This document shows, piece after piece, positions 31,033 to 40,728 of a stretch of 64,000 nt of DNA. The DNA comes from Spirochaetaceae bacterium (GTDB lineage: Bacteria > Spirochaetota > Spirochaetia > DSM-2461): the NCBI GenBank assembly GCA_051531975.1, contig JAOPTT010000018.1, positions 1 to 64,000 of the forward strand, given 5' to 3'. The notes under the pieces are model-generated. The model was not told the DNA's origin and made no database searches. It saw nothing but the letters and a program-made list of their open reading frames with translations. Position 1 is the first letter of the stretch; each line of letters opens with the position of its first letter. The position numbers were made by a program, and so were the translations under genes.

Positions 31033-31582
31033 AACATTAAACATGGCATTAAAGCTTCTTATCATTTGTTCTGTAGCAGCATTTGCTTTAGGTGTTGCTA
31101 ATGCATTAACAGCTCCTGAGATTCAAAGATTAGAAGATGCAGCCAAAGCTAAGGCTTTAGGTGAATTAATAGATACTGGAAGCGCAGATCCTAACAATGA
31201 AATTATCGTTGAAGAAAATGATGTAGTTTCATCTTATTATTTAATCGAAGATGGCGGACAGACAATTGGATATATTTTATATTTGAAAGCTAAAGGATAT
31301 GGTGGATCCATGACTGTTATGGCTTCATATAAAACAACTGGAGAAGTTATTGGTTCTGTTCTTATGAACAATGCCGAAACTCCTGGATTTGGGAAAAAAG
31401 CTGAAAAAGCTGGATATATGGATAAATTTATTGGCAGAGGGACTACTTCTGATCCTATTCCACTATTTGGTTATCAAGTAGAGGAGAATATCGATACTGT
31501 AACTGGTGCTACTATTACTTTTATGGGAATATCTAGCGCATTAGAAAGTGGTCGTGAATTTGTTAAAGGAGGGCTTAAATGA
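31025..31582 (+). CDS. rnfG: Rnf complex subunit G
   Basis: GYGG, ETPGFG, DTVTGATIT FMN site; AGGAGG SD sets the start at 31025. Confidence 0.95.
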   Translation: MNKTLNMALKLLIICSVAAFALGVANALTAPEIQRLEDAAKAKALGELIDTGSADPNNEIIVEENDVVSSYYLIEDGGQTIGYILYLKAKGYGGSMTVMASYKTTGEVIGSVLMNNAETPGFGKKAEKAGYMDKFIGRGTTSDPIPLFGYQVEENIDTVTGATITFMGISSALESGREFVKGGLK

Positions 31583-32190
31583 AAGTATTTAGCCGAGGTA
31601 TTTTTAAAGAAAATCCTGTTTTTGCTATAGCTTTAGGTCTATGTCCTGCTTTAGCTGTTACATCCATGGTATGGAATGCTATAGGTATGGGATTTGGTGT
31701 TATTTTTGTTTTAGTATGTTCAAATCTTATTATTTCATTATTAAGAAATTTTATCCCTGATGAGGTTCATATTCCAGCATATATTGTTGTTATTGCTTCA
31801 TTTGTAACAATTGTAGAACTGTTAATGAAAGCTTATTTGCCATCATTAGCTGCTAGTTTAGGAATATTTATACCACTTATTGTTGTTAACTGTGTAATTC
31901 TTGGTAGAGCTGAAGCTTTTGCAAGTAAAAATTCCCCATTAGATTCTGTATTAGATGGTCTAGGTATGGGAATTGGATTTACTGTTGCTCTTATAGTAAT
32001 CGCATTTGTTAGAGAGGTATTAGGTGCCGGTCAAATAACACTTTTTGAGCAGGGAGATACTCTTGTTCGAATAACATTAGGTGGCTTAAGTGAGAATCCT
32101 ATTAGAGTTTTTGCTTTTCCTGCAGGTGCTTTAATCGTAATGGGGTATTTTAAGGCTCTATTTGATAGCATGATGAAGAGGGGTAAATAA
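31579..32190 (+). CDS. rnfE: Rnf complex subunit E
   Basis: LGLCPALAVT, IPLIVVNCVILGRAEAFA. Confidence 0.96.
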   Translation: MKVFSRGIFKENPVFAIALGLCPALAVTSMVWNAIGMGFGVIFVLVCSNLIISLLRNFIPDEVHIPAYIVVIASFVTIVELLMKAYLPSLAASLGIFIPLIVVNCVILGRAEAFASKNSPLDSVLDGLGMGIGFTVALIVIAFVREVLGAGQITLFEQGDTLVRITLGGLSENPIRVFAFPAGALIVMGYFKALFDSMMKRGK

Positions 32191-32795
32191 TGGGTATTTT
32201 AACTGATGTTTTTGGTATTATTGTTGCTTATGTTCTTGTAAGTAATGTTATTCTAACCCAATTCCTAGGGTTATGCCCATTTATTGGTGTTTCAAAAAAT
32301 ACAGAATCTGCTGTAGGTATGGGATTTGCCGTAACTTTTGTTATGACTTTAGCAACTCTATTTACATGGATGTTATATAACTGGGTTTTAGTCCCAGCAG
32401 GATTAGAGTATTTAAAGGTTATTTCATTTATTTTAGTAATCGCGTCATTAGTTCAATTTGTTGAGATGTTTGTTAAGAAAAACTCTCCTGCTTTATATAA
32501 GGCTTTAGGTATTTATCTTCCATTAATTACTACAAACTGTGCTGTTATGGGTATAGCGTTATTGGTTGTTGAAGTTGAAAAGTTGTCCCTCTTTTATAGT
32601 GTTTTGGCTGGATTTTCAGCTGGAATTGGTTTTTTAATTGCTATACTACTTATGTCAGCAATTAGAGAGCAACTAGAAGTAGAATGGGTTCCAAAAGGTT
32701 TAAAAGGTGTTCCAATAGCTTTTATTTCTGCTGGTCTTATGGCGATGGCTTTTATGGCTTTTGACAAAGCACTATTAATGAATATGGTAGGTTAA
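32190..32795 (+). CDS. rnfA: Rnf complex subunit A
   Basis: QFLGLCPFIGVS, LGIYLPLITTNCAV. Confidence 0.96.
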   Translation: MGILTDVFGIIVAYVLVSNVILTQFLGLCPFIGVSKNTESAVGMGFAVTFVMTLATLFTWMLYNWVLVPAGLEYLKVISFILVIASLVQFVEMFVKKNSPALYKALGIYLPLITTNCAVMGIALLVVEVEKLSLFYSVLAGFSAGIGFLIAILLMSAIREQLEVEWVPKGLKGVPIAFISAGLMAMAFMAFDKALLMNMVG

Positions 32796-32797
32796 GA

Positions 32798-33631
32798 ATG
32801 GGAAATATAATATTAAGTATAGTATTAGCGATAGTTTCAATTGGACTATTAGGAGCATTTTTAGGTGCTGTATTATCTGTCGCTTCAGAAAAACTAAAAG
32901 TTGAAGAAGACTTAAGAATTAAAGATTTAGAAGCTATTCTTCCTCAGTATAACTGTGGTGCATGTGGATATTCTGGTTGTTCTGGTTATGCTGGTGCAGT
33001 AATTAACGATGGAGAACCAATAAATAAATGTACACCAGGTGGTGACACCCTTGTTTCACAAATCTCAGATTTATTAGGGGTTGAAGCTACAAACGTTGAA
33101 AGAATGGTAGCTCAAATTCATTGCCGTGGTGGTCAAGGTACTGCTAAAGAACAGTATAATTATGACGGTATAACTGGATGTAATGCTAAGTATCAACTTT
33201 ATAGTGGTGATAAGTTATGTAAGTTTGGTTGTCTAGGCGACGGTAGTTGCATGACTGTTTGTCCTGTAGATGCAATTTACAGAGATGAAAAAAATCTAAT
33301 TTGGGTAAATAAAGAGTTATGTGTAGGTTGTGAAAAATGTGTAGATATTTGTCCAACAAATGTAATGAAGATGATCCCATACTCGGCAGACTATATTGTT
33401 GCATGTCATTCACAAGAAAAAGGTAAAAGTGTTAAAAGTAAATGTTCAGTTGGATGTATAGCATGTAGTATTTGTGTTAGAAAATTTCCTGAAGCTGGAT
33501 TTAGCGTTGACAAAAACCTTTCAAGTGTTGATTATACAATAGTAAGAGATAGATCAGATGTTTCTGCAGCTTGTCCTGTTAAATGTATAATTAAACCATA
33601 TAAAGATAATAAAGGAAAAAGTAATAACTAG
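32798..33631 (+). CDS. rnfB: Rnf complex subunit B (polyferredoxin)
   Basis: LPQYNCGACGYSGC, CTPGG, multiple 4Fe-4S motifs. Confidence 0.96.
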   Translation: MGNIILSIVLAIVSIGLLGAFLGAVLSVASEKLKVEEDLRIKDLEAILPQYNCGACGYSGCSGYAGAVINDGEPINKCTPGGDTLVSQISDLLGVEATNVERMVAQIHCRGGQGTAKEQYNYDGITGCNAKYQLYSGDKLCKFGCLGDGSCMTVCPVDAIYRDEKNLIWVNKELCVGCEKCVDICPTNVMKMIPYSADYIVACHSQEKGKSVKSKCSVGCIACSICVRKFPEAGFSVDKNLSSVDYTIVRDRSDVSAACPVKCIIKPYKDNKGKSNN

Positions 33632-33634
33632 ATA

Positions 33635-35641
33635 ATGAGAAAAGTTAAATTAGTATTTGGTACCTATAATAGTCAACCTCCCGAAGAAATAAATTCTACA
33701 GTTGAGGGCTATTATCAAAACGCATATAAAACTTTTCTCACTACAATGTATAATTATCCTTCTATTAAGTTAACCTTACATTACAGTGGTGGACTCCTAG
33801 AATGGATTGAAGAAAAACATCCTGAGTTTATTTCTGTATTACAAGAGATGATAAACTCTAAGCAAGTAGAGCTTCTAAGCGGTGGTTATTATGACCCCGC
33901 TTTAACTCTTCTACCTGTCCCAGATAGAGTTGGGCAGATGGAAAAACTCACAACTTTTATTCGTAAAAACTTTGGTAAAAAACCAAGAGGATGTTTTCTC
34001 TCAGAAAATGTCTGGGATTCATCTCTATTAACTAGTTTAAGATCTTGTGGTTTTGATTATATATTTTTAGATGATAATCAGTTTCTATCAAGTGGTATTT
34101 CTGAAAAAGATCTGTCTAAACCTGTTTTAACAGAAGATCAGGGTAAGATAATTACAGTTGTCCCTATTTGCTCAGACTTAACTGAGATGTTTTTACGTCG
34201 TCCACCAATAGAATTAATAGAATATATACAGAACCAAGAAAATATTGACGGTGTTTACACTATAATGCTGAAAGGTGAATTTTTAAAATCCACTAATATG
34301 GAATCCTCTGAAATAAAATTATGGATTGAGGAATTTAACGATCTACTGGAAGAAAATAGTAGCTGGATTGAAACAATTACTCCCGGAAAATATGTAAAAC
34401 AGATTCAAGGAACATTACAACGAGTATATTTTCCCCAGTATTCAATTAATGGAATGCGTTATAAACCATTGCCAATTGTCAGTCAAAAAGAATTAATTAG
34501 ACTAAATCGTCACTTAGAAGCACTTGGAGATGTATCACATTGGATTAATAGTGGATTTTTTAAACAATTTATTTCTAGATATCATGATTCATCACTTTTA
34601 TATTCTAAAATGATATATATTAATTTACTTGTTAATCAGATAAAAGGTGATCGTTCAAGAAAAAAAACAGCTAGAGAAGAACTTTGGAGAGCACAATCTC
34701 ACTATGTCTTTTGGCATGGATCTCATCTAGGAATTTATGATAAATCTTTACGAGAAAGAAGTTATAGATTTTTAATTGAAGCTGAGAAGAGTACTCGAGA
34801 AAAGGGTATATTTAAATCTGGAATAAATCATTTTGATATTAATTTAGATGGAAAAAAAGAAGCACTTTATGAAGGTGATATATATAATGCTTATATCTCC
34901 TGTAAGGGTGGCGTCTTATTTCAATTCGATTATCTCAAAAAGAAAATGAATTTGGTTTCTACTGTCATGAGGATACAAGAATCATATCATACAGAAGAAC
35001 ATTCATTAGCAGGATTTGATACATATAGCCGTAAAATGTTTCATGATCATTTTATATCAGAAGATATAACTCAAGAGGAATTTCAGCTTCAATCTTTTAA
35101 GGAGTTAGGAACTTTTATACATAATAATTATGAATATAATAGTTTGAACAGAGAAAAGAAGTCAGTTGTCTTAACATCGAAAGGAAGTGTAATGTCCTTA
35201 GGGAATCAACATGATGTAAATATAGAGAAAAAATACCACTTTAATAAGAGTAGTACCATTTTAACTTACAAAATTGAGAATTTAGATGATTTTGCGATTG
35301 ATACAATTTTTGCACCTGAGTTTAATCTTTCTTTAAGTGAAATTTCAGAAGATCCTGTTGCTACATTTTCCTCAGATAAAGAACATTCAACATTAAATAA
35401 GTTTACAGCAACTAATAGTATTAATAATTTAATTATAGACGATATGGCTAATTCAATAAAAGTTAACATATCTTTCTCTACAATTGTTGATAGATTTTGG
35501 TCAGTTCCACAATATTCAAACTCACTAGAACAGGGAATTATTAAAGAAATTTATCAATTTACTAGTTTTCTTCCACAATGGAGAATAAAATTAGGTGCAA
35601 AAGAAGTGTGGTCTGTATCAATAAATATCTCACTTAGTTAG
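33635..35641 (+). CDS. GH57 4-alpha-glucanotransferase/amylase-like protein (DUF1925/DUF1926 tail), possibly inactive
   Basis: LHYSGGLLEW, ELLSGGYYDP, PRGCFLSENVW, LWRAQSHYVFWHG. Confidence 0.85.
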   Translation: MRKVKLVFGTYNSQPPEEINSTVEGYYQNAYKTFLTTMYNYPSIKLTLHYSGGLLEWIEEKHPEFISVLQEMINSKQVELLSGGYYDPALTLLPVPDRVGQMEKLTTFIRKNFGKKPRGCFLSENVWDSSLLTSLRSCGFDYIFLDDNQFLSSGISEKDLSKPVLTEDQGKIITVVPICSDLTEMFLRRPPIELIEYIQNQENIDGVYTIMLKGEFLKSTNMESSEIKLWIEEFNDLLEENSSWIETITPGKYVKQIQGTLQRVYFPQYSINGMRYKPLPIVSQKELIRLNRHLEALGDVSHWINSGFFKQFISRYHDSSLLYSKMIYINLLVNQIKGDRSRKKTAREELWRAQSHYVFWHGSHLGIYDKSLRERSYRFLIEAEKSTREKGIFKSGINHFDINLDGKKEALYEGDIYNAYISCKGGVLFQFDYLKKKMNLVSTVMRIQESYHTEEHSLAGFDTYSRKMFHDHFISEDITQEEFQLQSFKELGTFIHNNYEYNSLNREKKSVVLTSKGSVMSLGNQHDVNIEKKYHFNKSSTILTYKIENLDDFAIDTIFAPEFNLSLSEISEDPVATFSSDKEHSTLNKFTATNSINNLIIDDMANSIKVNISFSTIVDRFWSVPQYSNSLEQGIIKEIYQFTSFLPQWRIKLGAKEVWSVSINISLS

Positions 35642-35657
35642 TTTTTTACTTATTCGT

Positions 35658-35687
35658 TTGACAGAACAGTACTTTTTCCAATAGATT
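35658..35687 (+). promoter_or_regulatory. sigma70 promoter of the cas2-like/prfB operon (leaderless geometry)
   Basis: TTGACA-N18-TAGATT, 6 nt before the ATG at 35694, no SD. Confidence 0.75.
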
Positions 35688-35693
35688 ATTAGT

Positions 35694-35984
35694 ATGTATG
35701 TATCTATAGTTTGTGATTTTAATAGTGAGAATAGTAGGAAAATAGTAGATTCTATTTTAATGCAATATGGTTTTAAAAGATGCCAGAAAGATGTTTATGA
35801 GGTCAATTCTATACTTGATAGTAGCGTATCCAAGTTAAAGCTTGAAATAGATAGACATTGTGATTCATTTGATCAGATTAGGATGCATCAGTATCCATTA
35901 GACCATAAACTAGTTATATCTTTTCTTCATGAAAAACGGTGGAAAAAAAAGATAATACAAGATAAATCAATTATTAAGGGTTAA
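35694..35984 (+). CDS. Orphan Cas2/VapD-like protein
   Basis: 96 aa; IVCDF (Cas2 YD Asp), YGFKRCQKDVYE (YGxRVQxSVFE), DQIRMHQY; no cas1 or array in the window. Confidence 0.75.
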   Translation: MYVSIVCDFNSENSRKIVDSILMQYGFKRCQKDVYEVNSILDSSVSKLKLEIDRHCDSFDQIRMHQYPLDHKLVISFLHEKRWKKKIIQDKSIIKG

Positions 35985-35986
35985 CA

Positions 35987-37085
35987 ATGTTAGAAGAATT
36001 AAATCAACCAATAAAAAATCTATACAACCAAATCCAAGAATCATGGAGGCGTCTTTGACGTCACTATTATTAAAAAAGAAGTTAAAGAACTTGAATTAAT
36101 ATCTGGTTCTCCTGATTTTTGGGATAATAGAGAATTTGCAGAGTCAAAGTTATCTGAGATGACTCAATTAAAACGTCTTTATGAGCCATGGGAAGAGATT
36201 GTAAATTCTGTTGAAGACCTAAAAGAGTTATACGACTTAGCAATAGAGGAGTCCGAGGAGTCATATTTTGAAGAGATTGAAAATTCTTTTAAGGAACTAA
36301 CATCAACTTATGAGAAGTTAACTGTTATGGAATTAATGGGTGAAGAAACCGATTCAGCTGGGGCTTATGTTACAATACATTCAGGGGCAGGAGGAACAGA
36401 GGCTTGCGACTGGGCTAATATGTTATACCGTATGTATTTTAGGTGGATTGAAAAAAGTGGATTCTCATATACCTTGTTTGAAATGCAAGATTCAGAAGGT
36501 GGAATAAAATCTGTATCATTTGAAGTAAAAGGTGAATTTACTTATGGAATGCTTAAAGGTGAAACCGGGGTTCATAGATTAGTTCGGATTTCTCCATTTG
36601 ACTCAAATGCTAGAAGACATACATCTTTTGCTTCTGTATATGTATCTCCAGTTATTGATGATACAATTGTTGTTGATATTAAACCTGATGATATAAGAGT
36701 TGATACATATAGAGCTTCAGGTGCTGGTGGACAACATGTAAATAAAACTTCAAGTGCAGTTAGATTAACACATCATGAGTCCGGATTAGTTGTTCAATGC
36801 CAAAATGAACGTAGTCAATTAAAAAATAGAGCATTGGCCATGAAGGTTTTAAAATCTAGATTATACGAGTATTATAAACAGATACAAGATGCAAAAAATG
36901 CTGAAAACTCGGCTGAAAAAAGAGATATTGGATGGGGGAATCAGATAAGAAGTTATGTGTTTCAACCATATCGAATGGTAAAAGATCTAAGAACAAGACA
37001 TGAAACTGCAAATATCCAAGCAGTAATGGACGGTAACTTAGATCCATTTATAGAATCGTATTTAAGGTATAATGCAGGATTATGA
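35987..37085 (+). CDS. prfB: Peptide chain release factor 2 (programmed +1 frameshift after codon 23)
   Basis: ATG 35987 ORF ends CTT TGA C; the +1 frame continues into SPF and GGQ motifs. Confidence 0.97.
36045..36059 (+). promoter_or_regulatory. RF2 autoregulatory frameshift cassette
   Basis: GGAGG-CGT-CTT-TGA-C. Confidence 0.97.
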
Positions 37086-37441
37086 AAAGAGTATTAATAG
37101 TTGATGATATATCATTTATACGGGCTGTAATAAAAGATATTTTAATTGAAGGTGGTTTTAGTGTTGTTGGAGAGGCTTCTGATGGAGCTCAAGCCTTAGC
37201 ATATTATAAAGCTATTAAACCTGATATTGTTCTTTTAGATATACATATGCCAGTTCTCGACGGTATGGAAACTTTAAAAAGAATAAAAAAAATTAATAAG
37301 GATGCTATTATTATCATGTGTTCTTCTCTAGGTGATCAGGAAAATATCATAAAAGCTATTTCTTTAGGTGCCAAAGATTTTGTTGTAAAACCATTTAGAA
37401 AAGAACGGATATTATCAGCAATTAATAAAGCAATAGTTTGA
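37082..37441 (+). CDS. Single-domain response regulator (CheY-like)
   Basis: VLIVDD, LLDIHMPVLDG, DFVVKPF. Confidence 0.92.
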   Translation: MKRVLIVDDISFIRAVIKDILIEGGFSVVGEASDGAQALAYYKAIKPDIVLLDIHMPVLDGMETLKRIKKINKDAIIIMCSSLGDQENIIKAISLGAKDFVVKPFRKERILSAINKAIV

Positions 37442-38784
37442 AAAAAACAGTATTCAGCCTTCTAATTTTATTGTCCTCTATTACTTGTTTCTCTGAGGAG
37501 TTAAATAAAGAAAATTGGACTGTAGAGTGGGGTCAGTTAGAGGGCAATAATTTGTCTCTTAGTAATCAACTTTTATTAACTTCAATTCCAACATATTTTT
37601 CTCAGAATATTCAAAAAGAGCATAAACATTATATTGATAAAAACGAATCCTTATTGGTTTTAAGACATATAAGGGATAAAAATATAGATGACTTAAAAGA
37701 TGAGAAATTTAAGATTTTAAAGGCAAAGGACAAGTTAATTTTTTTAGAAAAGCCTGATAATAAGAAAAAAAAAGAGTTCGATAAAAGGATACAAGAATTA
37801 AATGATGAAATTTCGAAACTGAATAATATTGAAATTAGTAAATTAGATTTTATTAATGATTTAGTAATTGATTACCAACCTAAAACACCATCCTTCAAAG
37901 CATTAAAAGATAACCAAATTAGACATTATATTCATAGAGAAAATATTGATTATTTTGTAAGTGGAACTATTGAACAAGAAGAAGATAGTCTTTTTTTAAC
38001 ACTAAAGTTATATTCAAAATACACAGATGAGATCCAAATAATTTGGAGTGGTGTTGGAAGTAATGAAGAGATTATGGGTTATAGAGAAGAGATGTTAGTT
38101 GAACTATATAAATATTTAGTATCTCCAGATCTGTATCAAATTGAAATAAATATTGAACCAGAGGATGGACTTATTTATATCAATGATAGTTTTAGATCAT
38201 TAGGGTATTATAAAGGATTCTTTCTTAAAAATACTGAACTAGATATTACAATTTCAAAAGAAGGATTTAATAAATTAGAACTTTCTAGAATAATAGATGA
38301 AGATATGAAAGTTAATTTAAAATTACTACCGGTTAATACTAAGAGTGTAAATATAAAGTCTGTTCCCTCTGGGGCGTCTCTATACTATGGATCTTTGTAT
38401 ATCGGTAAAACACCACTAGATATACCTATCTATTCATATTCACAGAAACTTACCTTAAGCTATGATGGGTATATGGATCAAGCAATATTAATAAATGGAG
38501 ACAGTACAAGTTCAGAAATCCTTTTAACTAAGGGTATTATTGATAAGGAATATAATTTTATAAAAGAAAAGAAGAACTTTTTTATATCTTCTGCAATTTT
38601 TTCTTTCTCTCTTGGTATTCCTTTGTATTTATCAGCCCAAAATGATAATGTTTTGGATGATGATCAAGTTGATATTACTGACTTAATTGTAAATATTTCA
38701 ATTGGTAATGCTGTTGTATGGGGTATAAACCTGTTTTATAGATTGTATATATATTTAAAAGCAGCAGAAATGAGTGTAGAGTAG
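37438..38784 (+). CDS. PEGA-domain exported/membrane protein
   Basis: Signal peptide; IKSVPSGASLYYGSLYIGKTPL PEGA repeat; C-terminal hydrophobic helices. Confidence 0.82.
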   Translation: MKKTVFSLLILLSSITCFSEELNKENWTVEWGQLEGNNLSLSNQLLLTSIPTYFSQNIQKEHKHYIDKNESLLVLRHIRDKNIDDLKDEKFKILKAKDKLIFLEKPDNKKKKEFDKRIQELNDEISKLNNIEISKLDFINDLVIDYQPKTPSFKALKDNQIRHYIHRENIDYFVSGTIEQEEDSLFLTLKLYSKYTDEIQIIWSGVGSNEEIMGYREEMLVELYKYLVSPDLYQIEINIEPEDGLIYINDSFRSLGYYKGFFLKNTELDITISKEGFNKLELSRIIDEDMKVNLKLLPVNTKSVNIKSVPSGASLYYGSLYIGKTPLDIPIYSYSQKLTLSYDGYMDQAILINGDSTSSEILLTKGIIDKEYNFIKEKKNFFISSAIFSFSLGIPLYLSAQNDNVLDDDQVDITDLIVNISIGNAVVWGINLFYRLYIYLKAAEMSVE

Positions 38785-38794
38785 GAATGATGAT

Positions 38795-39667
38795 ATGTTA
38801 AAAAATTTTAGTCAAAAACTTAAAAATATATTTAGAACTAATGTTGATGAAAATTTCTTTGAAGATATGGAAGATTTATTAATTGAATCCGATCTTGGTG
38901 CAACATTAGCAATTCAGATTGTAGATCGATTAAGAGAGCAGAGTAAAAAAAATAGATTAAAATCAATTGATGATTTAAAAGCAGAGCTAAAAGTTATACT
39001 TGATTATTATATATTAGAAGATACCCTGGATGTTGATGAGAACAAATTAAATTTATTTCTGTTTCTAGGAGTTAATGGTGTTGGGAAAACTACCACTATT
39101 GGGCGTTTAACTAATTATTATAAAAAGATTGAGGGCATTGAAAATATCGTTTTAAGTGCAGGTGATACATTTAGAGCTGCAGCAGTTGATCAATTAAAAA
39201 TTCACGGTGAAAGAACTGATACCAGGGTTGTTAGCCAAGCCCATGGCGCAGACCCAGGTGCAGTTATATTTGACACAATAAAATCTGCACAATCTAAGGG
39301 TGAGACACTAATTCTAGCTGATACTGCTGGTCGGATGCATAATCGTGCAAACTTAATAAAAGAGTTAGAGAAGATTAATAAAATAGTTTTAAATGCTGTC
39401 GAAGACCAAAACTATAAAAAAATATTAGTTATTGATTGTACTACGGGGCAAAATGGGTTAAACCAGGCTCTTCAATTTAACGAAGCAGTTGATATTGATG
39501 GTGTTGTATTAACAAAATATGACTCTAGTGCAAAAGGGGGGATAATCCCAGCCATTTGTAACAAACTTAAAATCCCATTTTATTTCATTGGAACAGGAGA
39601 GGGATTAGAAGATATAAAACCGTTTAATAAATCTGAATATATAAATGAATTAATAGGAATCGAATGA
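38795..39667 (+). CDS. ftsY: SRP receptor FtsY
   Basis: GVNGVGKTTT, DTFRAAA, DTAGR, TKYDSSAKGG. Confidence 0.97.
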   Translation: MLKNFSQKLKNIFRTNVDENFFEDMEDLLIESDLGATLAIQIVDRLREQSKKNRLKSIDDLKAELKVILDYYILEDTLDVDENKLNLFLFLGVNGVGKTTTIGRLTNYYKKIEGIENIVLSAGDTFRAAAVDQLKIHGERTDTRVVSQAHGADPGAVIFDTIKSAQSKGETLILADTAGRMHNRANLIKELEKINKIVLNAVEDQNYKKILVIDCTTGQNGLNQALQFNEAVDIDGVVLTKYDSSAKGGIIPAICNKLKIPFYFIGTGEGLEDIKPFNKSEYINELIGIE

Positions 39668-40728
39668 GATTACATTTAATATTGTTTCTACTTTTTTCTC
39701 AATTTTTATATAGTGAAACTCTGTTTCACAAGTCTAATAAGTCTGGAATGTTACTTGGGCAGATAAAAGATGAAAAATTAGTTGATATATATGTTAAAGA
39801 AGAAATTGACAATGAAAACTTTACTAAGTCTTTTACACTATTTAATAATAATATTATTCAGCACATAAAATTAGATGTTTATACTGAAAATTTTAAAACT
39901 TTGGTATCTTCTTCAAAAATCGAAAAAGAGATAAAAACCGTCGAGTTTTATACTGATGAATTATTAAGGATTATCGAGACATATAAAAATAAAATACTTT
40001 ATAGTTCAGAAAAATATAGCTATAATTCAGATAGAAAGTTACATAAAGTTGAATTAATTGATTTAGATGGTGTTTTAATCTATACAGATGTTTATTTTAG
40101 AAACAAAGATGGTGCTTTAAGGGCCATTAAACGGTCATCTGAAATTGGTTATTATTATCATTGGTTCTATAAGGATGGTGCAATAATAGAGTCTTGGTTT
40201 ATTGAAGGTAATAGTGCAACACAGACAAAATATAATAATTCTGGTGCAATATTTAATGTTACCGACTATGTTAACGACGTTTTAGTATCAAATGAAGAAA
40301 TTGAATATTTCCAGAGTGGTAAGCTTAAAAGTTCAAATAAGAGCATTGGAACTAATATTGAACGTAAGAAATTTAATAACCGAGGTGTCATAAGTGAATC
40401 CAATACATATGAAAATAATATTTTACAAAAAAAAGAACTTTATGAGTATAAAGATGATGTTTTAGTAAAAGTATTAATTGTAGGTCATGGGAAAAAGGAA
40501 GAGACATTCTATTACAGGAATAAAGACAATATAATTAATTTAATTGAATATTATGTTAATGATAAACTTAAACGTAAAGAGTATATAATAGATGAAGATA
40601 CTGAAATTTGGGAACATTATAGAGATGAAATATTATATTTAAAAGAGTATTATTACCTTGGTGAAAGATTAAAAAAAGAACTTTATCATAAAGGTTCACT
40701 GTTTAAAAGCGAGATATTTAGTGAATAA
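39664..40728 (+). CDS. Exported beta-hairpin repeat protein (MORN-variant/YwqK-like)
   Basis: Signal peptide; repeated Y/F-x-x-D/N-G-x-L units. Confidence 0.65.
   Translation: MRLHLILFLLFSQFLYSETLFHKSNKSGMLLGQIKDEKLVDIYVKEEIDNENFTKSFTLFNNNIIQHIKLDVYTENFKTLVSSSKIEKEIKTVEFYTDELLRIIETYKNKILYSSEKYSYNSDRKLHKVELIDLDGVLIYTDVYFRNKDGALRAIKRSSEIGYYYHWFYKDGAIIESWFIEGNSATQTKYNNSGAIFNVTDYVNDVLVSNEEIEYFQSGKLKSSNKSIGTNIERKKFNNRGVISESNTYENNILQKKELYEYKDDVLVKVLIVGHGKKEETFYYRNKDNIINLIEYYVNDKLKRKEYIIDEDTEIWEHYRDEILYLKEYYYLGERLKKELYHKGSLFKSEIFSE

Noticed and set aside
36056..36058. prfB pseudogene or sequencing error
   Set aside because: Canonical programmed frameshift signal
39664..40728. RHS/YD toxin or toxin-antitoxin module
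   Set aside because: No RHS core or toxin tip, no partner gene; embedded in the ftsY-lol operon
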